DNA from: Pocillopora damicornis
Taxonomy: Eukaryota
Reading direction: 5' to 3'
DNA: 64,000 nt
Assembly (NCBI RefSeq): GCF_003704095.1
Contig: NW_020845410.1
Coordinates: 496,001 to 560,000 of the forward strand
Shown here: piece by piece, positions 27,901 through 42,900 of the stretch
Layout: every line of letters begins with the position of its first letter
Numbering within the stretch: the stretch's first letter is position 1
The notes under the pieces: generated by a model
Database searches by the model: none
What the model was told of the DNA's origin: nothing
The model's input: only the letters and a program-made list of their open reading frames with translations
Translations under genes and position numbers: made by a program

Positions 27901-30900
27901 GTCTCTCCACCTGACGATGGGACCGATTTATCAGATTCAACAGACCAGCTAGATGACATGTTGACTTGAGAGCGAGGTGGTGGAGGTGCAGGAGGAAGAC
28001 TCGACATGTCATCATCTAAATCATCCAGTAGCTGAATAGGCGCGTCACTAAAAGCATCTGGTATACCAAATATGGAAGTATGTTCATGAGAGGGGGAAGA
28101 TAATCCAGATTCTGCCATAAGATTCGTGCTTTCAAGATTTGGTAAATGACTTGATGATTCCCGATCAAACCAACAAGAAAGAAGTGGCGACGAAGAAGTC
28201 GAGGAAACTGTGTCCTGACTAATAACTTGTCTTCTTGGTTTAGGAGGTGGCGGACCTCTAGGTAAGCTTGGGAGACTTTCAAGCTCGTCATCAAACAAAC
28301 TTGGTGGCTTGATTGGACTTTTATCCTGTCCATTCCACGACAAGGACTCCAAAGCAGCTGCATCTTGCACAAAAGAATTGTTCATGAGCTCCAAGGGTTC
28401 TTCTTTATGAATGCTTTCGTTTCCTATATTATCTCCAAACAATCTAGGAGGTTTCATGGGTGCCTGTTGTTTTAAGTTCTCAGTAAGCTGTTTCTGCTTT
28501 TCTTGTGAACCGGATGGTATATCGGAATTGCCATTAAAATACTCCTTCTTCTGAACAGGATATGAGGGGGGTGATTGTGCATCTTGACTGAATAGCTGCG
28601 GAGGCTGTGGTGCTACTGTGTTTGCTTCCTCCACTTCAGAATCGAAAGATAACGCAGATTCAAGATTTTCGTCAACAAAGTCCTCAAAATTGGCTGGTGG
28701 GTTCAAAGATAAGTTTTCTACAATGTCTTCCGTTAACAGTTCAGGTACTTCACCTGAATAATCTTCTTCTTCTTCTGCGTCATCTGTCGGTAATGGTGGA
28801 GGAGGACTAGATGGAGGAAGATCATCAAATTCAGTTCCTTCCAGTTCACTGCCTTCGCAACCTTCTGCTGCAATTAACTCATCAGTAAGCTCTTGGGACA
28901 GAGTTATAGAAGTAACACTTTCTTCAGGATCTGGTATATGATTTGTTGTAGGTAAGTTTGAAACTGGTCCACTAAAAGTTTTTGATGTTTTCAGGGAGAT
29001 AAGCTCACTAGAGATGTCCACCCAAGGTGTGTAGGCTGCCACACTTGACAAAACATCTGGTACAGATTCCCGGTCTGCTGAGCTCATTTTGTCAGGTATC
29101 TCGTCAAGTTCACCCTTTTCCTTCTGAGATGAGACTTTCTCCTCAAGTAATTCTGTCGGTTTCGGTGGTTTAGGTCCGGCTTGGGCCACAATTCTCACAT
29201 CTCCCCTTGGGCAGTTCTTGATCATATTATGGACATCTTCAAAGGCCATTCCTTCTAGGGGGGTCTCGTTAATGGACAAAAGAAAATCTCCAACCCTGAA
29301 ATGAAAAGCAGACAAGACGCTTTCGTAACCTACACGTGCTAGTATATGATATAATGCAGGGGTGAATTTCCGCAGTACAGTGATTTATCGATATCCTAAA
29401 ACTACCTATTTCTACCTTGAGCATTCACAAACCATTTTCACCTATCGCAAGCAAGTAAAGGGATTTATCTTATTTTGCTTTGTTCCTGCTGCAAAAAAAA
29501 ACGTCTTAAGTAAGCAGAGAAAAGCAAGCAGCAAACAGTGCGCCATGTGAAACAAAACAAATTATGATAAACAGTCCTTCTTCGGTTTCTCATTATTCTT
29601 ACCTGATATTCCCATCTTTTCCTACTAGGCCAAATGATGAAACATCTGACACAATGACTTTCCCCTCCTCTGTTAGGTCCACTTTAAAGCCAAGGTTTCT
29701 AAACTTCTTCTGATAGATAATAGCAAATGGAACATTCTCATCTCTTCTACCAGCAACTGGTTTCACATCAACGTCAATTTTGTGTTTAATGATAGATGGT
29801 GTTGTCATTTTCTTCGTATTGGGGCCTTTAACTGGGGAAAGAAGACCTTTATCGACTCCAAATTTAGGTTTAGCTGAAAGTTTTTCCAAATCCAGGTTTT
29901 GTTGTTCGTGGCCACTTTCCTCTGCAGGAGATCCTGTACTCGTCTCCAACAATTTCTCTGAAAAAGTGTCCTTTGTTTTCATAGTCTCTGATGGTAAACT
30001 AGGTTTGCAATTTCCTGACAACGACGTAGCTTCTGTGCTGGTAGTTTGTCCAGATATAAACTCATCATCGTTTTCGTTTGTATTCAAATCGTTGCAAGCA
30101 TCAAGCAAAGACTGAAAATCCCAACCCGTACCCGTTTTATTACCACGGAAACAAGCTTGGTTAAGACTAATACTGGATTCTGGTGAGATCTCGTCGTCTT
30201 GTATGTTGTTGCTTTCATGGCGATCAGCCCTGAAGGGGTCTTGCTCCAGGAATTCCTTCATTCTTGGACTAAGAATAGGCGGTGGAGAAACAACGGGAAT
30301 TGGTGATAAAGGCAAGACATCGTCAATTGGTGGTGGAACTGGTGGAGGAGGGGGAGAAAACGATGGAAGAGCAATAGACAGATCGTTCTCTAAAAGATCG
30401 TCTGCATCCAGTAATGGCGGGGGTGGCGGTGAAGAAGGCAGTTCTGGTATATCCTCTTCAATATTTCTATCTTCATTACTTCTTGAATGAGGTTCATCTC
30501 GACTTTCTAATTTTTTCAATTCCCTGCTCCACTGAGACTTGCTAGGAGATACAGCTTTTTCCGCGCAGGGCAACGTTTTGGCCTCTTCTCTCCTCGACGA
30601 CGATGATAGCTCACCGTGTGTTCCGCTGTCTTGAGCCAAAGTATAATTTTGACCAGATGATAAATCGGACTTCCATTCACTAACAGGACTTGAAACTCTC
30701 TCCTGAGGATCTTCTCCTTCCCGTAATATCACAAACGTGACAAGTTCGGTTGGCTTCTTGAGCAACTGCAATGCCATCGAGTGAGTGACACCCTTCAAGG
30801 ACACGCCATTTACTGAAACAAGTTTATCGCCAGTTTGTAGCTGTCTATCTTGAGCACACACCATACCAGATTGTAGTCTACGAATCTGGAAAAAGGCCAG

Positions 30901-33900
30901 AACATACCTTAAATACCAACCTTAACTCGCGGGGAAAACACTGATCTAACTGGGAGGCTAACTATTTTCGTGAAACACTTTGCTCTGGATTCCTAAATTC
31001 TTCTACATTTTTATAGCTGCAAAACTCGAATTCGAAGCCATTAGCTAACAAAATCATACGCATTTGGTGCTACTTTCTTTTTAAGCCATGGACATGTACG
31101 GGACATAGAACAGGATTCACAGAGAAAATAGTTCGTGCTAAAGGCTTAAAACAGCGGTTAAGCTGCACACGCATAGTTTTTCTGATTGAATATGGGCAGT
31201 GAGAGTACGAAGCATGGTTAGTATCACCTATCTTCCGAAATCATAAACAATCATGTACACTGATTACAGTTCCACTGCTATTACCTGGAAATACCCCTTG
31301 AGATTCCCATAGCTTGGGACCAAAGAAAGACCAAGCGTGGAGTTAGCTTCCTTCTTTATGTTTATTTCCACTTTCCTGTAGCCAGACGGAATTATCAGAT
31401 TGTCCCCCAATTGGTCTTTAACTTTCTCTGAATTCTTATTTGTTAAGTATTTGCTTGTGCTGATGACATCTGCGACTGGTTTAATCTGTTCTTTAAACGG
31501 TGATTTTTTGGTACTTCGTGCTTCTTCTTCTTCGTTCTCCTTACTTCTCTCCTGATCGTCAGAGCTTCTTACATCTTTAATTCCATTATGGTCTTTTTTC
31601 TCTGCAATATATTCTTTATGTGGAGTATCGCTTTCCTTTTTCGCCTTAACACGCCCGGAGGATGGTACTTTATCAGTTTTGTCAGATGACGGTGACCTTT
31701 CTTCCTGTGTCCCAGGTTTAACTTTACCCCTACGGCTCGACCTTCGCTTACTATCCGGAGGTTTGGGAAGAGGCGTAAGGTCTTGTGGGACAGTTTTGTC
31801 TGATGGCTCATTACTCTTGTTTGCTCTTTGATTAGAGTCCATTCCCTGGAGAGTCATCTTGGACCTTCTAATTTTCATTTGTGTTGAACTTGGTAGATCT
31901 CTGAAGATCTTGATCACATCTTCTTGGTCCATTCCTCTGAGGTGGGTGCCATTGACTGCGATAATTTGATCTCCTGCTTAAAAAAATCTTATTATCAGTA
32001 AACTTGTCTACTCACGCTCGAAACGTCAGCTTTAGACACCCTTTACGGTGGATAATTAACATTTTCAATTCAGTTGATAAAACCAAATTACGTATAGGAT
32101 CTGTTTCGGACTGTCTTACAAGTCTTTATCTTAAAGTTATGTTGGAAGCTTTCTTTCCTTTTCCATTTCAAGGTCTCTTTATGACAACTATATTCAAGGG
32201 CTATTTTTATCCTGGGGACCTTCTCCATTCAGGAGTCACAAATATTGATCTAACCGAAGATAATTTCATTTTAGTCCTCTTTACAAGGGACACATCCTAC
32301 CAAAAGTAGAAGCCTTGGTGTATCAATTCTACGTACCAGAGAAATCTGCTCTTAAACTAACGGGCACAAAATTTCATGCCGTGTAGTTTACTGAAGATAG
32401 TTCTCTAAATTTGTAATTTTTGGAATTTGGACAATGAAATCATTGAAAAGAATCATACTTACCGAGTTTTAGCCCCACTCCCCTAGAGCCTCTTGCCAAA
32501 GCAGCAGATCCTCCTTCAGTTACACTTTTAATTGACACGCCCTCAGCTATGGTGTTCCCACGAGACTTGTCGACTGTGACACCCATGCCAAGTCCACCTA
32601 CCAAGAAAAAAACCACAGCGGTGAGTTGAGATTCTCCTTGGGAAGTTTTGATGAGCCTCTCTATTCGAAGTTTATCTGGGGACTTGGCTTACCAGTAGGT
32701 TGCTTTATAATTGTGTAAATGTCTTCCAGAAATTCGGCAGAATCTGTGACAATAAATAATTGAACATGACATGGTCAGAAAAAAGTTCATATAATTAGTA
32801 ATAAACAAATAAATTATTTTGCAACTGGTCTTATGACCTGTTTAGTTGGCATGTAAAGGGAAGGCAAGAGGGAAGATGTAAAGGGAATGCAGGGAACAAC
32901 AGAATTGATACCAATGATCACACTTGGCACTCAATTTGACTATCCCTTCTTTCACCATTTGGTACTCTGGTTATAAATGCTACTGGTCCTATCCCAAGAA
33001 GAGGCTATAACCTCAAATGTGACTTATCTTTATTTCAACAGTTGTTTGTCTCAGTTAATTCTTTTTTTAAGATGAATACTTCAGGTGCCTTCAAAATAAG
33101 TCTTACCAGGTTCATGAGTGAAAACATCGTCGTCTGACTCTTGAACTGTTTGAGACTGATATGAAAATGGAACAGAAATATTAAACTGGAAAACTAGGTT
33201 TCAATACTAAATGTTCATGGTTCCTTTCAGGCTTTTTGTAGTAATATATTGTGAAGTATTTTGGTCCCTGTAAAGAGAAACAATAACTTAAAGGACAGAC
33301 GTCATAATTTACTAATTAGTGACAACAATAAGAGTTCAGAGAGACAATCACCATTCATTAACCATTTACCTTCTTTTTCTTGTTTTGTTCGACAGAATGT
33401 GGAATGAGGAGATCACAAGATGAGGAAAGACTTGTAAAATTGTCTGAGATGTAAAAAACAAATGAAATGCAAAGAAAAAGTAAATTAAGGGAATAACCTA
33501 CAGATAAGCAGGATATGAAAAACATGTGCAGGACCATCAGTTACAAATGTTCTCATTCAAAAGGAGTACCATCTTCTGATGCATGCCTCATGCACATCTG
33601 TGATTATTGGCAAGACTTAGTAGTAACTCTAATGTTCAAAAACGTGGATAACCTTTATAAGTAGACATTCTACAGAGGTTAGATCACAGTATTTTAGGTA
33701 CTGTTGTCCTTCAGCAGTTTACTTGTTTTCACTTTGAGTTTGTACTGCCTCCTTATGTATTTTCGTTCTTTCTGAGTTGTGATTACCTTGTCTTTGGTTC
33801 TCCAACACTCAAATGCAAAGTGCACTATTGTAAATCTGTAGCTAACAGTTGATCAGGGCTTAAATTGTCTAATAATAAACCATCCGCTGATTAAAGCCTC

Positions 33901-36900
33901 CACACCCTAGAACATTAGTATGCAAATTCTCCATACAGTTCTCTATACATTTCCTTGGGTCCTAACAAGGTGAACAAGCTTTACAGGCAAAAGCTGCTTA
34001 GTTGGTGATCCTTTCCTTTATTCTCCTGACCTTAATGTTTGATTCAGGGGTGATATTATAAGGAGAAATATGATGCTGGTCACTCTAGGTGTGAAAGGGT
34101 TCAAACCACTCACCACAAGACTCAGAGCTTTCCGATGCACCAGAGAGTGTTGACGCAGTTCCTGAACTCTTTGATTTCCCTGACATCTTTTTATCCAGGA
34201 ACTGACGCTCACTTTGAAGCTTAGTGAGTTCATCGTTAAGTTGTAGAGGTAACTTGTCAGATGCATTGTTCTGCACAACTTTAAAATATACTTTTCCTGG
34301 AGGAGTTTTATCCAGAATGTTGTATATATTTTCAACTGACAGTCCTTCTAGTTTCTTGTCATTAACTTCAAGGAGTTGATCACCTTTTCTGTAAATGAAA
34401 ATAAAAAATAATTGAGGAAACTTCAAATTGTGAGCACTAAAACTTCCTTTAATTATAAGTTAACACCATCAGGAAATACTCAATTAAGGTGTTATGTTAC
34501 AGTTTTTTCCAAAGTTATTTTCAGCCAGCCATAGGAAAAAAAAATAGTAACCAGCAAAAGGTTGAGATTTGTCGCAGATCAAGACAAATATTTTATTGTT
34601 TTGCCTGATTTAAGTAGCTGACCTTCCACTGATGTCAATGGAGGGTTCAGGTAAAACAAATAAACAATTCACCTCAATCTCCCATCATTATCTGCTGGTG
34701 TTCCTTGAATAATGCATTGAACAAAGATTCCAGGTATCTGAGTTGATGGATGTTGTTCTCCCAGACCAATTCCCAAGCTGCTTCCAGGTTCTGTAAGCCC
34801 AAATAAGATCAACTGATTCACAAGCCTCTGAACAAATAAATGAATTTGGTTCTAGGGGCATTACATGCCTCATTATTATTGGGCGCTACTTCAAAGTAGT
34901 ATGGCCTATGTTCTGCTGATAATTGTAGGGCAGAACAAGTTTACTTCATGAACAAAAATGAAATACAGGGGAATGTCCTCTACATCTGAATCAAACTTTA
35001 TTCAGAGAATTCTTTAGTCTTGATTGCCTAATAATATAATTCTAAGTATATCTTTCAGTTTGTATGTACATTATGATTGGTCAATTTAGTGGGCTGCATT
35101 TCACTGTAAAGCCCTCTAAATTCAGAAATACTGTAAAGTACAGAAATTTGTCTTTTTCTCCCTGATTTATAACCCATGTGCATCTGGCTTGGGCCATAAA
35201 TCCAAGTCGGAACACTTGCGCTGTAACTCAAAGTGCAGACCAAGAAAACAAGCTTAGTGATGGGTACTAATGATAATCTCTAGTGAGGTGAATTCAAAAG
35301 AGACAATTTTTTTGTGTGCTCATAATAAATCATTGTCTTACATACTTATATAATGCCCTGTGAAGTTTGACCTTGCTCTTGAATAATATAATTACCATAA
35401 ACTGAGAAAAATATATCTGTCAATTACCTCTTTAACAGAATATTTTTCCAACAAAATATTTATGAACCAATTATCAGTCCAAATAAAATTTTGCTCTTTC
35501 ATGACCATTTCAATGATTATTTCTGATACAACAAACCATCTGCAGCTAACCTATAATAATATATTACTAAATAAATCTCTCATAGAGCATTTAGACTAAT
35601 ATCCTTCAGAGAAATTATCAACCATGGAATGAAACTTAAATGTGTATAATTTTGGAACTAATTTGTATATGTTTTTTTAAATAATAATTAAAGGTCTAAA
35701 GAATATGTTATTCTTGTTGAAAGTGTTGAGGAAATGAAACACAATAACACAATTATTTTGTGGAAGCGTGGATCACAAATCAAAAGTTATCTTCAACAAA
35801 ACTGTCAGTTCACAAGTACTAAAGGATATGCAGACAAAAACAAAAATTCGTACACACCTTTATAAAGAACAATTTCACTGATCTTGTCTTTCTGGCTTCG
35901 TTTCTGACGCAGCTTTCGAAACATTGTTGGAGATGATGAATTGCTAGAGCTGGTTGACTCTGCTGTCACATCTCTGCTGTTTCGACGAGATCTTCCTGGC
36001 GAATTTCTGGGTGTTGTAAATGTTGATGCACTTGGAGCTCCAGGACTGTTTCTCCGCACTTTCAAAGTTACAATTCCTCGGCGAAGATTCTACAAACCAA
36101 GGATAATATTTACTGCTACAGCGAGTATTGTATAACTTTCACCTGGTGAGTAAACTTTAGTAATGGATAGCACAACAGATTGAGAAGCTTAAAATAGGAA
36201 TTATTTTTAATTATTCTTTTACAATTTGAACTTGAACTGCCAATTGAAAGTCAGAACAAAGTTGCCAAAGATGGTATATTTTTGAAACAAATTCTCAACA
36301 ATGAGGATTTTAAACTGTAACCCTGAATGAATTGAACTGTGTTCAATCTGTGTTAGCAATATTCTTTTGTTTGCTTTGATAAAGCACTTGATCAATAACC
36401 CAGGGGCAGGTGAACATTGTACTGTTTAATATTTAATCATAAATAGAAGCATTTGAAAGCCCACAGTCAGAAAGATGTCTTGTGTCATTGAACATAAAGA
36501 ATAAGTGATTTGTCAAATATTTTAGCTGTGCTCAAATCCCCAGATTTTCACAGTTATTTTTTTAACTTTCTATTTTAATTAAAGAGACAATTTCACACAT
36601 TACCCATTGTAGTAATGTATTCAATTAAGCCATGGAGAATTTATTTTTCTCCAGGAACAAACAAATGATTTTATTTTGTTGGAATTGTGAACAATAGCCA
36701 GCAATTTTCATGTAAATTTATCCCCAAACATAAGAAGATATATCATATCAAATTTGTGAGTAAGCAATACTTACTTGAGTTTATATTACACATGAAAATG
36801 ATTAACTTGGATTCAGTGATCAGAGAATTTGAACAAATCAGTACTTTTTGGGGGGATGATCAGGTTACTTTTCATCAATATAAAGTTTTCCAATTGTAAT

Positions 36901-39900
36901 AAAATAAAGTTGCTTCTTGCTGATTTTCAAACTTACTTTTGGCTATGAAGAACAGATAGCTTAAATTTATTTTTTCCAATATCATGTCAACTTTGAGCTG
37001 ATAAATTTGGAAAATAACAAACTTGGCCTAACATTTTTAAATAAGTGAAATATTTGATAAACACTTAATTTAGTGAATTCAATTCAATAATAAAAGTAAT
37101 CTTCAGAAACTCATAACAATGTTTGAAGTTCAACCATTTATCAGAAACAATTCTAGCGAGTGTTTAGCAAAATAATTCTTGATTTGTCTTTAAATAGACA
37201 AAAAGGTATTATTTTGTCAGCTAGAATTAACAAAAAATTCTCTCAACTTTTCCTAAAGTCAGATAAATCATCTCTCTCAAACAGAACAATATAATATCAA
37301 CTTTTAAGCTATTGATTAACAGAAAAAAATATCATTTTGTTATTTGTAGTTACCTTCATTAACTCAATGTGATGAACTAGCTTAAATCTACTTTTTGTGT
37401 TGCCATAATTACTGGGTATGGGACAAATTAAGTAATCATGTTATAATCTTTTAATTTTTTTATCAAATCTCTCCTGTATTCTGAGAATTCTATCAACTTA
37501 CACTGGTTATACAACCCAAAATAATCACAGATGAGTTCAAGCATTTGAGAGTAACCTTTTAAGCTATTCACTCCAAAGGGCTCAATCTCAATTTCCACAC
37601 TGTCAAGAAAACATTTCTCAAAACCTTAGCTAAAAAAATCTGGTATCAAATCAAACAGTATCCACTAGTTGATAGTTTTTCGTTGTCTGGTCACCTTTCT
37701 GCTTGAAAATGTATTGATATCGAAAGAATTCTGTTTTGGTCACCTCTAGGAGTGAAAGGGTCAAAACTTGCCTGTTTTGACCTCTGAAAGATTTAAACTC
37801 TATTTTATTCTTTACCTTAAAGGTGTCCAGGGCTTGTTGATGAGTGAACCCTTCAAAAGATGTTTCATTGACTGATAACACCTCATCACCTTTGATTTGA
37901 TAGCAATAAACAATAAAGATTAATTTGGTAGGCAGATTATTAATTGAACCCTTTAACTCCCAGATCAAATTTGTAATTTTCCTTACTGTCAGCAAAACAA
38001 TTCTTATAGTTTTAGTTTGGAGAATTTAGTATTGGATCAAATAATTATCTCCAAATTGATATATTTTTTTTATTCTCATCACTTATCTGGTTGATATTGT
38101 ATTGATATTGTAAGGAGAAATTCTGTCTTGGTCACTCATGGGAGTTAAAGGGTGAAATAAAAAACAAAGTTATACTGTAACAGTATTTGAATAACCTTCC
38201 AAAGTTGTTGGGGTGAGAATTTGAAAATTACTTTAAAATCCAATTTTCTAAAAATTGCTCTTTGAGAATGAATAACAAGTTACCTTTTCTCATCCTTCCA
38301 TCAGCTTCTGCTGCTCCACCAGGGAGAATATTCCGTACATGCACAGCCATATCACCATGAGGTGAGCCTTTTCCTCCAACAATAGTGAACCCAAGACCTT
38401 TTCCATTCATTCCCTTTACCAGAACAATGGTAACAACTTCCTCTTTCATGGTTTTACTGGTTCTTCTTGGTGAGGTCTCATTACTCCCTTTTTTCTTTGC
38501 TTGCGGCGAGTCCCGATCATTACTACCCACAAAATTTCGGGGTGTGGGCATAGCTTTAGTCATTACATTAGCAGGGGGATCCCCCAGATATCGTGCAGAG
38601 AAAGCAATTCCCATACCTCCTGGAGACTGAGGTCTTGGCAGGGAAGGTGAAATTTGACCAGGTTCTAGGCGCATTCCGCTTTTTGTTGGTTTTTCTTTAG
38701 GAGGTGAATTATTCAAGAAAAGGTTTGGTGAATTTCTCTTTTTTGAGGCATCTATAATTGGAGGGGATAGAGATGGTAGCTTTCCTAGTAAAGATTTTGT
38801 TGAAGACCCCTTGGAGAGTGGTTTATCCTCTAAAGTAACTGGCTCACTTTCTAAACTTTCTTCTCCTTTTGAAAGCAAGACATCCTTTGTGTCTGACTTT
38901 TCTTGTCCATTAGAACCATCAGATGAGGAAGACCAGTGTCTGCCATTAATCAGCTCTTGTTCATTTCCGTTTAACAGAGCATGATTTCCTTCATTATGTG
39001 ACTTATCCTGCAAGTCAGTTTCTTCAATTTGATTATCTTTCTGTGGATTTAAATTTTCTACTATTTTTGAAGGACTACTTTCCATTGATTGTTGCAAAAC
39101 TTTATCTTGTGACTCTGTGGTCCCTTTTTCAAACTTTTTATCTGCTTCCTTGATTTTCTTTCCCATGTGACCAGAGGACATTTTTCTACCTTTCTGCACT
39201 AAACTTTCTGCAGATTTTGCTTGAGGAAGGCTTTTTGAACCCTGCATTCCAGCTCTATCTGTTACATTATCCAAAGAACTTTTTTTCAATCTTGATGCCA
39301 TTGCCTTCTTCTCCAAAGTAGACCCCCTTACCTTTGAGAAAACAATAAAACAGAAATAAAACTTTAGCACTTGTGATAATGGTTTGCAGTATTCAGATTA
39401 CATTATACTTAATACAGAGTCTCTCTGCCAGGGAACTTTTCCTGAGAATATTGTTTGTTACCTGAGTTGAAATGACTAGTTGAATCAGCTTTGGTGATGC
39501 TCTTAGTAAGTCAACAGCCTCCTGTTGTGTTACTCCTATTAAGCTGTGGCCATTGATCCATAACAGCTCATCACCCTCTTTAAGGCGACCATCCCTATAT
39601 ACAAAGAAATCAATTTTCAGTTAAAATTAAACTTTCTTTGTTAGTAATATCATAAAAGTTGATCATTTACTCAGATTAATATTGTGGATTAAAAAAACAA
39701 TTCCTCTTGGAATTATTTAAAACTAGGTTAATTTTTGTTTTTCTCTATTAAGAATGACTTTAAGAAAATTGATGACACTTAAAAGATTAAAATTTGGTGA
39801 TTAACAGCAGATTTCTCCCATTCAATTCACCATCTTTATCAAGTTAACTTAAAATTTTCCTTGTAATGCACATATTGTTCTGTTTCTGTTGTTTGTTTTG

Positions 39901-42900
39901 TCCAATCAACATTTTGTTATACACTTTAAATTCAACTTAATTTGTACTTTGTATTATTCTGGACTGAAAATGACAGAAGAACTGTTGAAATATGTTTTTT
40001 GTTATCTTAAAAGTGTCATTAATTTTCTTAAAGTCGTTACATATCTGCTTCTATCCAGACCTATTTAAGAATGATAGTAGTTCATCTTGAATAAAAGAAA
40101 AAAAGGAAAATACAAACTACTATCTATAACTATATATAACATCTATAAAATAAGGCATCTATTTTCCTTACTTTACAATAATATATAATTTTAACTATTT
40201 GTATGACTCAAATGCAGCTTGGGTAGTTATCATTTGTATGTAATGCAATGTGTAAATCTCAACTTCTCCCCCTGTTGTTTACTTAAACTTACATTTATGA
40301 GAAGAAATATGATACAAATGATAAATATTAGAGGGTTGATTTTTTAGGGTTAAACTGCTTTAAATCTGGCCTCCATTCTTACCTCAATTATTGGGTTGTA
40401 AGCGCATGCAATATTGAATTTGGTTTTTAGACATTTAGTTTTTAGATATTTAGTTCTTAGTCTATTGAGTTTTTTGTCTTGGCTGTCACTGGTTTGTTTT
40501 CTTGACTCAAAGTTTGAAATATTGCATCTGTAAGAATCCAAGACTGTTTATTTATACTACATAACACTGATTTACATGCAACTAAGTATTCTCTGAAATA
40601 TAAAAATATTGAGTACATCATCATGAAACAATGACGTCTTAACTTTGTGCTTGAACTAGGTCAAGGTCAGGTTTAAATACTTTGCAATCAATTCTTTGAA
40701 AAATGAAGTTGCTGAAATCAAATTCAAAACTCTGAATTCCGGTAAATCTTTAATTATTGGATGGTACATTTACCCCATCATTTTCCAAAACAAGCTCAAC
40801 TAACAGTTACCATACTCAATTTTTATATTAACATGTCAATTGAAGGTTTTTCTGTAAAAAAAAAGGTTGATTTTTTTTGTTAATCTGGTAAATTATAGAA
40901 AAATTGTACTCTCTTAGTGTCAAACCTAAAAATCATGCACAAATGAATGTAAAATTTGAATTACTATAAAAGTTTAAAAAGTCAATTAACATTTGGAATC
41001 TCATGCCACACTTGGTTTAAACTGTAAACCATTACTGACAGTTACATTAATAAATACAAGTGAAATACTGTACCTTGCTGCAGCTCCACCAGGGCTCACA
41101 TCAGACACAAAGACACCCTTCTCTCCTGTTTCATGGTTGAGTTTCATCAATATTTGTACTCCAAGTCCGCGGCTATCCTTTAAAATATGTATCTTCTTTA
41201 CTCTATTTTTCTGCAATAAAATATCAAGTATACAACACTCTTACAGAATTGTCAAAAAATGCATGGCATGAAAACAATATAATAAATTATCTAAAATACA
41301 AACGTTTGTTGTTTTACATAACAATTTCATATCACTTTCAGACATGATAAAGGAAATATGAAATAGTTTTAGGTTTGTGGATGTACCCAATTTTTCTGTA
41401 ATTTTATTGAAGTCTTTAAATATCTGCATACAGTGTATACCATACTTTACACAGCAAAATATGTCTTTGCTTTAACTTCATAAATTATAAGCAATAAGTT
41501 ATTAATGACAGGATGTTGTTTAATTTACTAATATTGTTATTGCTCAGAATATCAATTATTTTCCTGCATGTGCACCAATTGCAAAGTGAGTGTAGTAACA
41601 AGTTATAATGAGTGAAAGTTAAATTCTGTATATAGTACTGAGCTTCACCAGCCTGCAATATCCACATTCTCACTTAATGAGCCAATATCTCATTTTTCTT
41701 GACATAAGTATGACTATATCTAAAAAAAATTACCCCTTGAAGAGACACTAGTCTGTTACAGGTTACATTAATTCCTGCTTTCAGTCAGGGTAAGCAGTAA
41801 CATAGGGATACTTATTACTAACAGTACATGTTTGAAGCTAGCACTCTCCGAATAAATGGTCTAGACCCAGGGGTAACAGTTGATGGTGTAGTCTGCTTGT
41901 CCAGGTGAGTGTAAACAAGAAAAGGCCTCTATTATAGCAGCTAATAAGGTCAAAACAATAGTCACTATTGCTAACAACAATCCCTCTAAGCACCTCTTCC
42001 ACGAGCACAATCAGACAACTTGTTCAACAGTTATTACTTTTATCAAATCTAAAGTTAGGAATCGTATAAAGCTGCAAAGAAGAACACATCTCAAAATTGA
42101 CTGATTAACATATTTAAAATTCTCTGTTTTGAATATCTAAGATCAAGCACTTTCACCAATCTGTTAATTGCAGGTGATAAATGGTAAGTTATTTTTCTGC
42201 TCTTGATCTGCAAAAGAATTTTAAAAATTTCACAGTAGAAAAGAAGGAATTAAAATCCTATTGAAGTTGACTTTTGTATTTCAACCTCAAATCAATCTTT
42301 AGATAATTTTTTTAAAAACAAACCTTTATAACAGTAATGAAACAAAATTACTCTTCTACCCTATTGATAGTAGGGTCAAACTTGAGAATGTCAAAATAAA
42401 AATTTGTTTCATTTAACTTACGGATCCAGAACTCTCAGAAATATTTTCAAGTCTTGGAACAACACCATTCTTTACAGGTGTAATGTTTCTCCCAATAGGA
42501 CCACGGAGAACTTTCATTTTTAATTTTCCACTCCTCAATGCACTTCCTAAGTACCACCTGAAACAAATCACTCAAATTAATATTAAATACGCGTTTATAA
42601 TTCAAATATCAGCTTATCTCAAAACCGAGACGTTTAAAAATATTGTTTGTGAATAGCAAATGAAATACACAACAAAATCATCTTTTCTAATTTTAGCGAC
42701 ACTATTTCAGTGATTTCTCTTATGGAAATTACTATTTAAAGGCTGAATTTGAAAGGAGAAAAGAAATTATTAATTAATGGCTTTCTTTGTAGTCTAGTTC
42801 TTATCACGCGTTGAACGCAAATGCCGAGAACAGAAACACCTTACTCGGTTTGCGATAAAAAACGTAAACAAAGAGGTCACACAATGCAAGCCAATACAAC

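Noticed and set aside
22290-31811. Many plus-strand and alternative-frame ORFs over the PDZ exons (e.g. 25279-25725, 23144-23629, 26183-26581)
   Set aside because: Shadow ORFs of long Pro/Ser-rich coding exons, with no independent coding features.
40420-40480. Short degenerate tandem repeats (also 47580-47630) as CRISPR-like arrays
   Set aside because: Low-complexity eukaryotic minisatellites with no unique spacers or cas genes.
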